Source: Lama guanicoe (Eukaryota). Taken from it: a DNA stretch of 64,000 nucleotides. The notes below the pieces were generated by a model, which was not told the DNA's origin, ran no database searches, and was given only the letters and a program-made list of their open reading frames with translations. The DNA lies in NCBI GenBank assembly GCA_013239625.1, contig MU054187.1:1181587-1245586 (forward strand), written 5' to 3'. The translations under genes and the position numbers were made by a program. Below, piece by piece: positions 27,421-40,570 of the stretch (positions within the stretch are counted from its first letter, which is position 1; every line of letters starts with the position of its first letter).

Positions 27421-30400
27421 TCATGGTTAGTCTGAAAACCCAGTTTTTGTCTTGTATTATAGTTAATTCAATGATATTACATCTCCAATGAAAATCAGTC
27501 GTATTTGTCACACAAAAGCATAATTTAAGGTAGTGTAATTGTTACGTAAAAGAGCGTTAATACGAGGATCAGTGGGCAATAAAATCTGTGTAACTTGATC
27601 ACCTTTGATTTTGGAGAATAACATAAAGGAAAGAGTTAAGAATGGATATCATGCTGGGAGTGTCAGAAGGAGACTATTTCAGCGGAAGACGCTGAGAGCC
27701 ATATTTGACGTGTCTCATAGCAAGAGACAAAGCCGTCTTCCATCTGAAGAAAACACATTCAGGGTTGTGAATGGAGACCTGAGTCTCAGGAAAGAACCTG
27801 GTACATCTTGCTTTCCTGAAAGTGCCTCATAATTTCTAAAAATCATGATTTTTTTATGCTGTTCCATCAATCTGGAATGATCTGTGTCACCTGTCCCCAT
27901 ATTTCACATAAAAATCTAGACATGATTTTAGGACAATGTCATATGTCACTTGTTTTATAGAGACTTCTGTAATCTGTCTAATTAAAAAAGATCGCTTCTG
28001 ACTGCATTTGGCTCTGCCTCTCCTGCAGACTTTTAATTTACCTCGTGTTGTAGGTACCGGGGAACCTCGCTGTCTACTGGATGGTCAGCAGCTGGAGAAA
28101 CAGACTGCAGTGCATGTTTTTTGTCCCTTATGTAGTGGTTTTAATTGCAGCACTTTGATAAATTGACCAATTTGAATTCATTGATCGTGCAGTGTTTATT
28201 AAGTGATTCATTAATAAAAATTTAATGATTAAGGTTATGAATGGCTTTCCTCATTTTAGAAAGGAATTAAAATATTCAAATTTCTGTATTATAATGCTTT
28301 TTCATGTACATTATTTTTGATTTCTAAAATGTGAGATCAAGGCTTGGGGCTGCATTGACCATTAAGGGGTTACTGACGTGCATGAAAAAAAGTATCGTGG
28401 CTTTTCAGGAGCTAATAGGAGATAAATCATAAGTTGAAATGAATAATTATAGTTTTACTTACTTCATAAATACCTTAATATTCAAACTCTGTATGCATTG
28501 TATTGACATTCCCTACAAATTAGGTGGTAAATCGTAAGGCAAAAAAAGTAACAATTTATTTTACTGTGTGATGCTGTTTAGCAAATTGTTTAAGGGCAAT
28601 AAAATAGCACGTAAGAATAATAAACCAATATTGTATGCACTGAGCACAGTGCCTCAGACAGTCATTGAGTGCTGGCTGGAAAATCAGAAAATGTCGATTG
28701 CTTTAGAAAACAAAGCAGAAAATCTGTCATTTTGAACTAAAGTGTGGAATAGATGAAATTGTGATAATGCAGTCATTACAAGAATTTTCTCTAAGACACT
28801 CACAGTGAAAATCGGTATCCTGAACAGCTAACTTTCATTCAAAACCACCAAAAGAAAGAAAGAACAATAACACCAAAGATTAAAGTATCATCAAAGTTCT
28901 GCCCTCTTTTCTTCCCACCATGAACACCTACTTTGCAATTAAGCTCAGCAGCTCACAGGTGGATGCTGGGGGTACCCAGATGACAAGCACAGCTCTACCT
29001 CTTGAATTTTAACGGAATAAATACTACCTGAAACATTCAGAAAAGAGAAAATTGAATATGAGAAGACATCATTCAAAGGGAACAATATTACTCAAATGTT
29101 TTCCATAATTTTTGATTTAAATCACAATTAATTTGATTTTCAAAAACCACATTTTACAACGCCTTTTCCCTCAGATTTCAGGTGTCGTGGTTTACCTTAC
29201 CTTATCTCATTATTGTCTTAATTGATTTTATTAAATCTTCTTCCCAAATATATTTTCACATGATCAATTTAAACACGTATCATGGTCCAGTAGAAAAGTG
29301 CTTAAGTCTACATTCTGGTTCTATAATTACCACCTAATAAAGGTACCTTTAAGCATACTTTGAATATGCTCTGAACCCCACCCTCTCATCTCGGAGATGC
29401 TGGAGTTAAGTCAGGTGATCTTTAAAAAGATCCATTAAGGTAGAGCTTCAACATAATTTATTTAAAACAATATATTATTGGAAACAAATTTTCATCTGTA
29501 ACATGTCACTGATCTGTAAGTAGCGTGTACCAAACCTGCACATGCTCTCCTAGCTTATAGAATCTGGCAAACATGGTAGAGTCCACCGTGACTCCAGGAT
29601 GTGTTTATTAAGAACAGAAAATGTTAAGTCTAGACGTTGAAAGTAGTGCATAGCCCGCATCTTCTGTAATGACTCACCATGTGACCACGGTCATGTATAT
29701 TTAATTAATTTTGGACCCATTTGCATGTTTCTTACATTGAAAAGTAAAGCATGATCATCAGAAAGGAATCAGTGCCTTCATTCATGTTAGTATTTAAAAA
29801 ATAACAAAATGTAATTAAGAGTAGTTTGATATTGAAATTTACTTCTTTATGTCACACAAAAGTTGGTCACTAACTTGTGGAGCAAATCTATATTAAAAAT
29901 GTGCCTTTCCTGTCTGTGTCCTCACAGCATCCCTTGCCTACTTAGAGCCTGAGCTGTAGTTGCTGCAGGCGCTTGTCCTCCTCCCTGGACTTGAGGGCAG
30001 GGCTGCTCCTTTCCATGTTTGTCTGTCCTCGGAACTGTTCTTATCCCGCACTGTGCAGTCCACAAGCATGTGTAAAAGAGTGCTCCAGGGTGATTACGTA
30101 ACTCTGCCACGGTGGGACCCGCTGGATACAGCGCTAAACTGTAACAGAGCATCAGCCTGCCTTTGCGCACACACACTGACACACTCCTTGCGGTCCAGAT
30201 CGCTGTTACCTCCCTGCAGCTCCGTCTGTTAAATGTTCCCCCTCGTTTTCCCTAGACAAGGGAAGGTAATGTGTGGTTCATCACCCCCCATCACTTCTGA
30301 GCATGGAGCTAGTCTCTCAATCACCCGTTATACAAACGGGCTGCCTGGCTCTGGGATAACACTTGTAGTTGGGGACTGTGAGCTCTGCGTCCAGTACTGC

Positions 30401-31859
30401 TGAGTAGATTTCCTTAAGTAGATGCAAGAAACCGCCAGCCTCTCCTGTCAGTCCCTAAACTATGTTACCTGCGATCATTCAGACTCACAGAAGCCGTGCG
30501 GATCAGCTTTAAAATCCCGAAATGCGTGCTCTGTGTAGGTGTGTGGGCCACAGCAGTGTAGTACGTGAAAATGATACATGCACATCCATGCAATGTCAGC
30601 CTCACAATTTAACGCACCTCTTTTTTAAAGAACTTTTCAAAATGTTACTACATATATTTTCCATTCTAATTCGAACACTCCACTTTTGTTTATCAACTGA
30701 ATATTCTTATAAATAGGAATGCACGTTTTATACCGTTTGGCTATCTAGTGTTACAGTTTGTATAGGAAAGGCAAGACAGATAAATGCTTGATTTTTTTTT
30801 CATCTATTTAACAGTTTTCAAAACATGATTTGATGTTCTTAGTAGAAGTTTGTGCTTATTTCCATTAAAATCTATACAAAAAAATTGTCACATTGGCCTT
30901 ATTTGCGACAGCCAAGAAGTAGAAACAAGCCAAATGCGTATATGGACTTGCATGTCTGACTAAGATAAGAATCCATTCATAGTGATCATTTATCCGTCTG
31001 ACTTAAGGAATTAAATTTTACTTTAAGATCATATACACAACTAGAATTTCAAAATACTCTTTGTGTAGTTTTAAAGCTGAAATGTTAAAAACATTAATCA
31101 AATAATACATATATTTTCCAACATTAAATTAAAGCCTTATCATCAATAGTCACTTTATTGAAATACCATTTAAGCAAAATCACAAATTGGAAAGCTATAG
31201 CTTAAGAAACAAGTTTTGGATGTGCCGTATTATAAACCTGTCACATAAGAATTCATGTAGCTGATGGAAAAAGGTCTTCATCAATTCCTTCAAAACTGGT
31301 GAAAGAGTACATTTATTTGTTTCAACATATTTATATTTTGTGTATTAGTGTGTATATTATTACATTATATATTAAATATGGTTTATATATTTAGTATATT
31401 AATATGAATATATTCTATAGCTCTGGGGTGCTTTCACAATAGATAATGAAGAATTTGAATTTACCAGATGCACAAAATATTTGATCCTTTTCCCCCAGTC
31501 TCTTCTGGAACTGGAAAGGTTTGGTGAGCAAACTAGGCAGGAATTCTGAACGCAGCAGGCAGTGTAAGCTAGATTCCTTTTGAAGAGCTTCATGCACGTG
31601 ACCTTCAACTGTTCAGTCCTTCAGCTGTTTTGACAGGAAGGTATTACCTTCCCCTTTTTGCACAGAAGACCAGGGCTTTGAGAAATTAATACCTTTCTCG
31701 CGGCCATCCATCTGTGGTCATCATTTTTTAAAGGTAGCTGTGTGACCCGGGAGAGCCCCGTGGAGCTGCTGCCACGTCTTGGGGCAAAGCGCAGGCGACT
31801 GGGGGTCCGGTTCTGACCGAGAGACTCAAGAGTGGGATCTGATAAAGTCACACTGACTT

Positions 31860-32400
31860 GAGTCAGGGGGCACTTGATTAGTGGGAGAAACAGCCCTGAG
31901 TGGAAGAGAGCTCGGCATTTTTAGAAACTGAAGGAGGCCAGCGCGGCTGGACCAAGCAAACAGGGAGGGAGAGGCCGCCGTCGGAGTCAGATGAGCCAGG
32001 TCCTCGGGAAGACTGCGTTTTCTTGTAGGTGTCCAGGGAAGCCGTGGCGGGCGGGGACCCCCTGGCTGCGGCGGCTGGCGGCACAAGCGGGGAGGCGGGG
32101 CTGGAGGGCCTGGGCCCGGCTGGCGGAGAAGGGAGGGGACCCGTGGTCCCAGGCTGAGCGGCGCGGTCGGTGACGGGTTCCACCTGGGGGGCAAGAAAGG
32201 CGGTTCCCAGTGTCCCCATTTCCGAGCGGGGGGGGGGGACCGTCGAACCGGGCGGACCGAGGTGCCTAAGTCCAAGTGGACGAAGCGGCGGAAGGAGGCT
32301 TCAGTTAAAACAGCTTCGAGTTCAGATTGTCCGACAGCTGGGATACGTCTGAAGTCAAGAAGGCGGGCACAGATGGGAAAAAACGAGAGCGAAAGGAGCA
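31860..32400 (-). mobile_element. L2 LINE fossil underlying GC peak A
   Basis: aaggaggccagcgcggctgga (31931-31951; recalled L2 aaggaggccagtgtggctgga), gaggtgcctaagtccaagtgga (32259-32280) and acagctgggatacgtctgaagtc (~32334-32356), in antisense-L2 order. Confidence 0.65.
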
Positions 32401-32800
32401 GGAACGAATGGAGCCCCGGACGCGGCCGAGGAGCCCCGAGCTGCCTGCTGATGCGCGCGGAGCCAGACTCGGCGCCTGGCTCTCCGAGTCCGCGGACGTT
32501 CTCGCCGCTGCGCGCGGAGCGCGGCGCGCGGTGCGGGGGGCCCGGGACCCTGGCTCCGTCCCCGCGCTGCCTGACGTCACCACGCTGGGCGCCCCGGACC
32601 TGTTAGCGCCTGCCTGCTGCTCCCAGTTCTTCGTCAAGCCCCACAGGGGCTGGTTCTTATTTCCACTCCACAGAAGGGAAGACTGACGTTTGGAGAGTCA
32701 TTCTGCAGCCTTTCTCCACCAACCCCGCTGCAAGGCTCCAGGGCCCCCGCCAGCCGAGGGGGAGCGGACCCCGTGGGAGGAAGTGGCCCCCAAGTCTTGG
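31930..32800. promoter_or_regulatory. CpG-island-like GC peak A
   Basis: Dense CpG and CGCG runs, a G11 run at 32228-32238, a full CRE palindrome TGACGTCA at 32572-32579 and NRF1-like tgcgcgcgg motifs (~32452, ~32509). AT-rich sequence lies on both sides (31300-31420 and 32830-33000). Regulatory function is inferred, not shown. Confidence 0.7.
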
Positions 32801-35800
32801 GGGGGAGGGGACTATGTATCCTTTTCAATATTAAGTTAATAGTAAAATAATTTTTATTGAGGGACAGTCAGGCTTGTTTGGAAATGAAATATTACAATAT
32901 GTAGAACCGTGTGTAACATGTCTAACTTGTTGCATGATTAAAATATTTACCCATGGAAGACTTCCAATGATTTTATGTGTTTGTAATAAACTTGCAGCAT
33001 GTGACGTGGAATCAAAGGCCTTCCCTACTTTGTCTTCGTGACTGAGAACAGACCTCTGCAAGAGTTTCCCCGCTGTTTGCACTTGTCTTGCTCACTGCTC
33101 CATCAACTGCAAGTAGCTGAGAAATAAATGTGTAAGGGATGTTGCTTTTGTCTCTGCAGCGTCTCTGAAATGCAGAGCACTTCCTGCTTCAAGAAGGTGC
33201 TCAAGTTTGTTGAATGAGTTTGATTATAGTGTCGACAGAGTTCAATTTAGTGCAGAAATCACTTCACTTGTTCACAAAAGAATGAGAGTTTACTCTTGAA
33301 CTGAGACTAGATTCCCCTCGTTCAAACCTGCAAAGAGGTGGAAGTTATTTGATTTTTTATTGCTGCAGTTGTTTGCTGTTGCCTTTTGTTTGCTTCTGGC
33401 TGAATAACAGTCTGGCCAGCTCAGGGCAGAGCAGCCTAAATGGAGGGGGCCAGTTCCCGGCTTCCTCGGGGAGACGGTCTCCCTCTCTCTCGCTCTCCTG
33501 GTAACTGTAGAAATACACAACTGGCACACTGAGAAGTGATCAATACCGTAAAAGTAGGCAGTTCGTGTGAGCTCAGACAAGGGGCAAATAAGAAGCAGAG
33601 GAACAATCTCTAATATTTTTTCCTGTTCCGTAAGTGGGACTTTTTCTTTCCCACCTGTAAGCCAGGCTTGAAGCGTAATGGACACTTGCTATGTTCCTTT
33701 CTATGCAAAATGTTGGGCCACTCTGACATACTATTAACTCAACAGACATTTTTTACTTCCTTATTTATTCATCATAATTCCATCAAGTAGGTGTTTCAAC
33801 AAACATTTATCTTAATGTGTTCAACAAGCATTTACTGGAGTGTCTACCACTTGATACTCCTTTGAACACTGGATGCCGGTAGCTTCAGAAAATGAACGAG
33901 ATGAAGACTGACCCGGGAAGCAGGCTCAGGAGAAACTCTGACTGGAGGAACGGAAGGAAGTGCACAATCGGAGAGCAACCTGGGCGTTTCGTTCTGTCGC
34001 CCAGATGGGTGGGATGCAGTGCATCACAGGACAATCTGTGTCAGTAGGGTTCGTTAGGCTCAGGCATGAGTGTGCCAGCTTGAAGGTGACAACTGTCATC
34101 TTTGCCTCGTAAAGGTGATTGATACTGAGAGTCTGAATAACCCTAGGTACACGGCGAGATAATTGTCCTTGTAGAGTAATATTAGGCAAGTATAAATAAA
34201 GTTATCTTTTCATTATTCTCAGGTGAGCTAGAAAACAGTCAAATAACCGACCATTTTCCAAAAAGGAATTTTGGCACGACTGCCTATTTCTGTGTTCTCT
34301 CCCAGATACTGTGGTTTTCAGCCTCACTTCATACAAACCACCCTTAGAGTCTGGACCATAAAACGGCATAATCACTATTTGTACAGTAGCGATTTTGTCA
34401 TTATGTGCAGAATGACAATAAATACGTAACTTGTTTTTGTTCCACAGAATAAATAAGCAGCTATAAAAGGCATTTTTTTTCTTCTGCTCATTTTAGTTCT
34501 GCATCAAGTGGTCTAAAAGCTTCCAGAATAATAATGTGCACCCTTTTAACGTCACAGACTGCCACCTACTGGAAGATAAACTAAACATCTACAAACAACT
34601 GAAAACATGCAATATTTACCTCGTTAATCACACACACATTCGGTAGGAGACAAGGTCTGCGTGCTTTATGTGAACGGTAAGCGGCCTGCTCATTTCTGTA
34701 CCGTGCTGTGAAGAGAAGACGTTTCATAGTCAACCGAAACCTGATGTACTCCATTCAGTGCAAAAGTGGTTCCTAACATGCAAAGCATTAGCTGAAAAAG
34801 CTATCCCGCTCAGACAGACAAACCAGAAATATACTTGGAAAGGGGTGTTTTGGCTCCAAAGCTTTCGGTACCTCCGCTGATTTCATCTGCCAGGGTCTCA
34901 GCCAGGCCCCCCGTCAGGTGCCTTACCTGTGTCACCTACATTCCCCTGAAACTGAAGCCCAGCAAGTCGGAGGAAGAACCAAAGAAACGCACGACAGTTA
35001 TCAGGGAGGGACGTTTGTCCAGCTGAGTTATGAATAACTCACGGTCATGTGTAGGTAAACTCATCCCACTTGTTTGGGTAGAGAGACCTCAGCCTGGTCG
35101 TAATCACTTACAGGAAAAGGGTTCTTATGTTGCTTGTTACTGTTGCTAAAACAAGTGTGTTCTCCCCCCGTCCTCACTGCTGACTGCTCCTGCAAACCTG
35201 GAAGTGAGCTCTCCAGGGCCTTGCGTGAGTGGGGACTTTCTGTGCAGATTAAACATAGCACGGGAATTATGCACGATGTTAACTTCTATCCTTATTTCTT
35301 TCTGTTTCTCCATAAAAGTCAATAAAAACGGGTGAAAGTGGCGCGAGCCCCAGGGACAGGAGGAAGAGCACATTCGAGTTCGGCTGCGGTGCCCTCTGAC
35401 CCTCAGCTTAGAGACACTGCACTAGGACCGCCCCCCCGGGGGCCCTGAGGAGGTGGCTCCGAGCAGCTGGCAGGAGCGGGGCTGGGGTGCCGGGGGCCTG
35501 TGAACCAGCCCTGAGCGTCCTTCCCAGACGTGCCTAGTGGTGTTAGCGTGGAAAGCGAGCGTGGTGGCTTTTCTTGTGGGGCCACTGGAAGGTCTGAGGA
35601 GAGCCGCTGAGGGTTAGAACTAGTCCGTGTTGCCCCACTGTCTTCGATTCAGGCAAACCTCTGCAGTCTGGCTGTTTTTATTTACAAACACAATAGAATT
35701 AAAGTCAGTTTCTCCATGTGTACATAATGGGTCTGTATGTTGGCCTAGTCCACTGTTTTTAAGCGCCTTGCGATCTACACCTGGATAGTTTGTGTATTTC

Positions 35801-38326
35801 TCTCTGTATTTATGTTTATGTGTATTTTCTAAATAAAGCTAAAAGCAATTAGGAAGTCATTTTATGGTAAGAGCAAAACATTGTCATTTTTCTTGGCCCC
35901 CAATTTTTCAATGTCAGCAATTTCATATGGTTTAACCCAATGCTTATAAACAAAACTGACTCAGTTGTCATTTTAACAATGAGCCGATTCGCCTCACTAA
36001 GTTCCCAGCTTCCTGGTGTCTCCTGGATCTAGTATTTACCAGTTTGTGACTGCGTGATAGTTTGTAATAACCATAAACGTATCAGTAGAAGAGAGGACAC
36101 AATTTTTATTCACATCCAATTACATGAAGCAGTCAACTTTCCAAACTTGCTTAACCTGTAAAAAGAAATCAGACCTTACTTTTCCCTGACGCGCTAACGC
36201 TCAGTCTGCACGTCCTCGCTAGGCTGAGTCTGAGACTTACTTACACTTTGCCCTAAAATATGCCATTTTAATATGGATGTGTTCTCTATTCGCATTCACA
36301 ATTGCACCCTTTATATTACATTTCTTCTCCTAAAGGACTATTAACATCTCAATGTCTCCAAACAAAATGTTTTCCCATGTCATACCCTGTGATTTCATGG
36401 CACTCATTTGTGACAACAGTCAGAGCAGAGCCTGCTCTGAGAAGAGATGGGAACAGAGGCAGGGAGGTTAACCACTCAGTGCGGACGGAAGTGTGGAAGG
36501 TGAGACCGGAGTCTTGTGTGCGCGTCACACAGGCACGTGGGCTGGGGAGGGCGGTACTCAGCAGAGGACCACACACCGAGCTGGAAGAGGACCGATCCGC
36601 CGTCTGTCTAAACGGCACTTTCAGAGCCGGAGCCAGCGAGCAGCAGAGATGCTGAGCCCAGTCTGCCTGGGGCATCAGCATGAAGCTCTGGATTCGCTCA
36701 AAGTCCTTTTTCAGGCTAAACTGCCTGGGATTTTATTTCCAGGACACAAAACTGAGATCAAAACCAGAAAACTAAGAAACACACAAGTCAAGCAAAATTT
36801 TGTCACTGAAATCTCCCTGCCTTGCTGTTGAACTCGGGGTAATTTTCTAACGGTTTTGTGCCTGTCAGAGGGCCCACACCAGGTTAAATTCGAAGCAGCT
36901 TCACCTTCTGTGAGTGAAGACCTTTCAGGCCTGAAACAAGGTGGGAACGGTGGGCCACCAGGCCGACTGCAGGGCATTCACTAGAAAGTCCTCTATGAGC
37001 CAGTTTCTGTGCGGAAAACCTCTATGTCAGTACCATCGCTTCTAGTCTGAGTCCTCACCTGAGTCTATGAAACTACATTTTAAGGCTAAAAACAGTGAAT
37101 TGAGATAATTCCATAAGTATAACCGCAGTGTCATGAATATTGGAATGGTGGAAAGCAATTAACAATTGATTTACTTTAACTCTGAAAACGAAGTTTTAAA
37201 GGACTGCAGGATCCGAAGAAGATAAAGCCAAGCAAATTGTTTTTCACAGGATGGCCAACGTCACATTGGATTTCTAAATGAATAGATGTAAACAGGAAAC
37301 AAATAGCAAAGTGAATCTTTGCTAATATTTAGGAAATATTTTCTTTCTGTATTTTATTTGTAGTTGCATAAAAATTGCTTTAGTCAGTGGCTGAATTATA
37401 TTTATGACACTTATGTGGTCACCATATCCATTTTACTTTGGATACTGAAAACCAAAGCAACGATCCTGTCGAGTGTTGAAATAGTGATGACTCAGTATAT
37501 ACGAGATGCACATTTTTTATCAGATTGTGTTCTCGGCTTAATAGAGTTGAACCCCTGGGCCTTCACACCATCACAGCAGTGAGGAGTCTGCATGCTTCCC
37601 AGGCTGGAACTTCGGGAGCGAGACAGCAGCAGCGCAGTGGGGAGGTCAGCGTCCCGGGTCACAGTCCAGCAGGTGGTCTCGCTTCTTCCTGACGGAGCAG
37701 CGTAGTGTCCAACGCCAGTCTCCAAAAGACGGCGCGTAAGCCGCAAGGGCGAAGGCACCTCCCTGTCTGCCCGAGAAGGCTCAGGTTTGGGGGTTTATTG
37801 TTTTACTGTAAGTCTGTTGGTTAATTGTGTTATATTCAGAATTCATTGTTTTTCTGTGAATTTTGGTATATGGTCATTTTTGAAAACACACAAAAACTTG
37901 GTGTTTCAGTTAGTGTGGATTTGTTAAAAAAAATTACACATAGCTCAGTGGCTTAAAACAACAGAAGATTTATTTTGCTTGAAGACCTTCAATTTGAGCA
38001 GAGCTCGGCGCGGCCAGGTGGCTCCCGCCCCACGCTGGGTCAGCCGGGCGAGCCCGCCTCTGAAGGCTCGCCCACTCGCTAGTCCGCTGCACCATGTGGC
38101 CTGCTCATCCTCACAGAGAGCATGTGGGGCCAGAAGGATGGCTGTGGCTGTTTGTGGATTGTATAATCTATTGCATTCTGCCCTCTGGCCACACAGTTCA
38201 TAACATACACTCACTGTCCCCAAAACTCTCCGAGTCAAGATGTAATCACCTGGCTCAGTTCCAGGTCTGCACAAGGCTCCTCGCGTTCGACTCCTTGTGT
38301 GCAGACCCTCTGGCTCAGAAGGAGGT

Positions 38327-38844
38327 TGTTCTGGGCTGAACTGAGTCCACTCAGAATTCATACGTGGAAGCCCTCACTCCCAGGACGCGAGCGTGACTGT
38401 GTGCGGAGATGGACGTCAAAGAGGTGACTGGTTAAATGAGGCTGTGGACGCGAGCTCTTACCCGGTCTGACTGGCGCCCTTGGAGGAGAAGAAACTTGGA
38501 CCCAGAGACACACACAGAGGGAAGACCATGTGAGGACACAGGGAGAGGGCAGCTGTCTTTGCACCCCGGAGAGAGGCCTCGGGAGAAAGCAGACCCTCCG
38601 ACACCTTGGTCTCCACCTGCACCTGCAGACTGCACGGAGGCACGTCTCCGAGGCTCATCCACCTGCACCTGCAGACTGCGCGGAGGCACGTCTCCAAGGC
38701 TCATCCATCTGCACCTGCAGACTGCGCGGAGGCATGTCTCCGAGGCTCATCCACCTGCACCTGCAGACTGCGCGGAGGCACGTCTCCACGGCTCATCCAC
38801 CCGTCCACGGACTCTTGTTAGGGCAGCCCACACACACGGATGCA
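38327..38844 (+). mobile_element. MaLR solo LTR (MLT1B-like) containing a minisatellite
   Basis: Starts tgttctgggctgaactg...aattcatacgtggaagccctc, contains gaagaccatgtgaggacacagggag, and ends cttgttagggcagccc...tgca. Confidence 0.85.
38612..38801. repeat. Minisatellite, 46-bp unit x ~4.1
   Basis: Unit tccacctgcacctgcagactgcgcggaggcacgtctccgaggctca starts at 38612, 38658, 38704 and 38750, with a partial copy at 38796. Each copy differs from the consensus by 1-2 substitutions. Confidence 0.95.
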
Positions 38845-40249
38845 TTTTTGCACCAAAGAGACCCGTTCCCTTCTCCTCCTCCACAGCCATCTACACAGCG
38901 GAGGGGCAGGAACAGAAGAGCCACGGTGGACCCTCCTGTCCAGGAAGAGCGAGTACGGGGACCACAGCCGTCGCTGGTCCCTGGAGGTTCTGGAAAGCCC
39001 ACAGCACACAGTTGTCAGACCACGGTTGGGATCCGATACTGGTCTCACGTGGACCACTTGGCCCTGGACTCTGCCCTCTGGGAGCTGGGCTAACAGTGGA
39101 GTGAAGTGCTCGATGCAGAAGGAAAACACAGCTTCTCTCACCTCCCAAAGCCGACGAGTACATCCTGAGACAGGCCCCGGGGGAGCTCCCACTGCAGGGA
39201 GACGGGGCCCCGGCTCTTGGCGTTCGTGCTGGGGAGAAGTCAGGCCGGGGAACTGGGGGACACCACTGGGTCTTACAGGCAGAGACAGAGGGGTCTGTCT
39301 GGCCCTCGGAGGACGTGTTTCACTCCAGGATGCGCGAGTGAGAGCCAGGTGCCATCCCAGCAAGTGTCGGGGAGCGAGAGGGCTTTACTCCCACCTCAGC
39401 CCGTCTCCTTCCGGGACACGGGGCGACTGTTTCTCTCCTGCCCTCTGTGGAGAAACCCCCTTCTCCATCCCTTGCCTGTGCATGATCCCAGGGTGAGCGC
39501 TGATAACAGGGATTGGGCACCCGTTACAGTCAGAGTCTGTCTGATCAGAAATCTGTCTCTGATCCAGCAGACCTTGTGCTCACTGAGGAAAAAACAAATG
39601 CCTACGAGTATCAAGGACCCCCGAGTAGATGACCTGCAGTGACCGTGAACAGCACGCCTGCGGGTTTAAGATAAGCCTCTCTTACACTGGCTTCGTCCCC
39701 TCTGGGGAAGGACGTAAAGGGAACGGCGGCTCTTCCGTATCCATCATGCTGCCTGCCCTGTGGCCTCACACCTAGACTGAGCTCAGCCTCTCGGTGACGC
39801 GCTGGGCTGGGCTTTGGGGGAAGCTCTGTCAGTGCCCCTGTGCGTGCACGTGATGGCAGCCACCCCCTGGTGGGCTCATCCTAATGTAATTCTGATCGTA
39901 CGTATCGCTCAATAATTATGTAGTTCTCGTAGTATATACGGCATCAAGGGAGACGCCGCAGAATTTACGCTAATATGGACGAGTCCCCGACGTGAAGAGG
40001 TTTACTGTTGGCTAAGTCAGTGGACTGAGTACTTGATCTAACAGCCAAATATGTTAAGTAAAACGTGAACAAATTGCTGTTACATTCCACAGGGGAAAAG
40101 TGCACTTTTGTTAGGAAAGTCAGAGAAAGCTTTATGTGTTTAATAAGCAGCAAGCCTTCTCTGCATGTCCATCGTGACTTTGGAACTGTGCCGTGCTGAG
40201 CGCTGGAGGTGAGATCCAGGCCTGGCTTCGGGGGGTCTGGAGCCCAGCA

Positions 40250-40570
40250 GGCAGACGTGTGAGGAAAGCAGTCTTATCGTTTATCACTCTGCTTTGTCCC
40301 TTGCAGAGTCTCCCAGTCTGGGTTTTGCTGCTGCATCTCAGTGTTGTTCTGTCCATTTGCCTGTCTTTGCACAACCTGTAAATGGTGGTTAGTTCTAGCG
40401 ACCGGATGAGATTCAGGCTCAGCATGTGTTTGGGCTCCTGGGAGGATGCCTTCCTGGGTGGGGGGCGTGTGACTCCTGCAGGAGGCTGAGAGTCGGTGAC
40501 TGCGAGCTAGATCTGTCACTCATCAGGGTGCGGATGCTGACGGCCTAGCTTTGTCAGCAATTTTCATGTA
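40250..40570 (-). mobile_element. L1MC4/5-like 3' fragment
   Basis: gtctcccagtctgggttttgctgctgcatc...tgtaaatggtggttagttctag...gatgagattcagg. Confidence 0.65.

Larger units (their letters stand above)
37925..39500 (-). mobile_element. Older MaLR element (MLT1H-like LTR plus internal sequence) split by the LTR at 38327-38844
   Basis: ctcagtggcttaaaacaac...atttattttgct at the start. After the inserted LTR, gtcgctggtccctggaggttctggaaagccc resembles the MLT1-int motif gtcactggtccatagcaattctgaaatcc. Confidence 0.6.

Noticed and set aside
31465..31608. Minus-strand exon-like segment next to peak A (donor CTG|gtaaat)
   Set aside because: The putative acceptor has no pyrimidine tract and the donor is weak.
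31826..32686. ORFs of 110-149 aa over GC peak A
   Set aside because: Compositional artefacts on both strands over an L2 fossil; no recognisable domain.
38612..38801. Possible CRISPR array
   Set aside because: Head-to-tail tandem units with no unique spacers, no cas genes, and a mammalian context. The same applies to the 36-bp pair at 58294-58376.
38436..39496. Cluster of long overlapping ORFs (up to 222 aa) with repeated peptides
   Set aside because: They lie in MLT1 LTR/internal sequence and the 46-bp minisatellite. GC-rich repeats lack stop codons in several frames on both strands, and no protein family was recognised.
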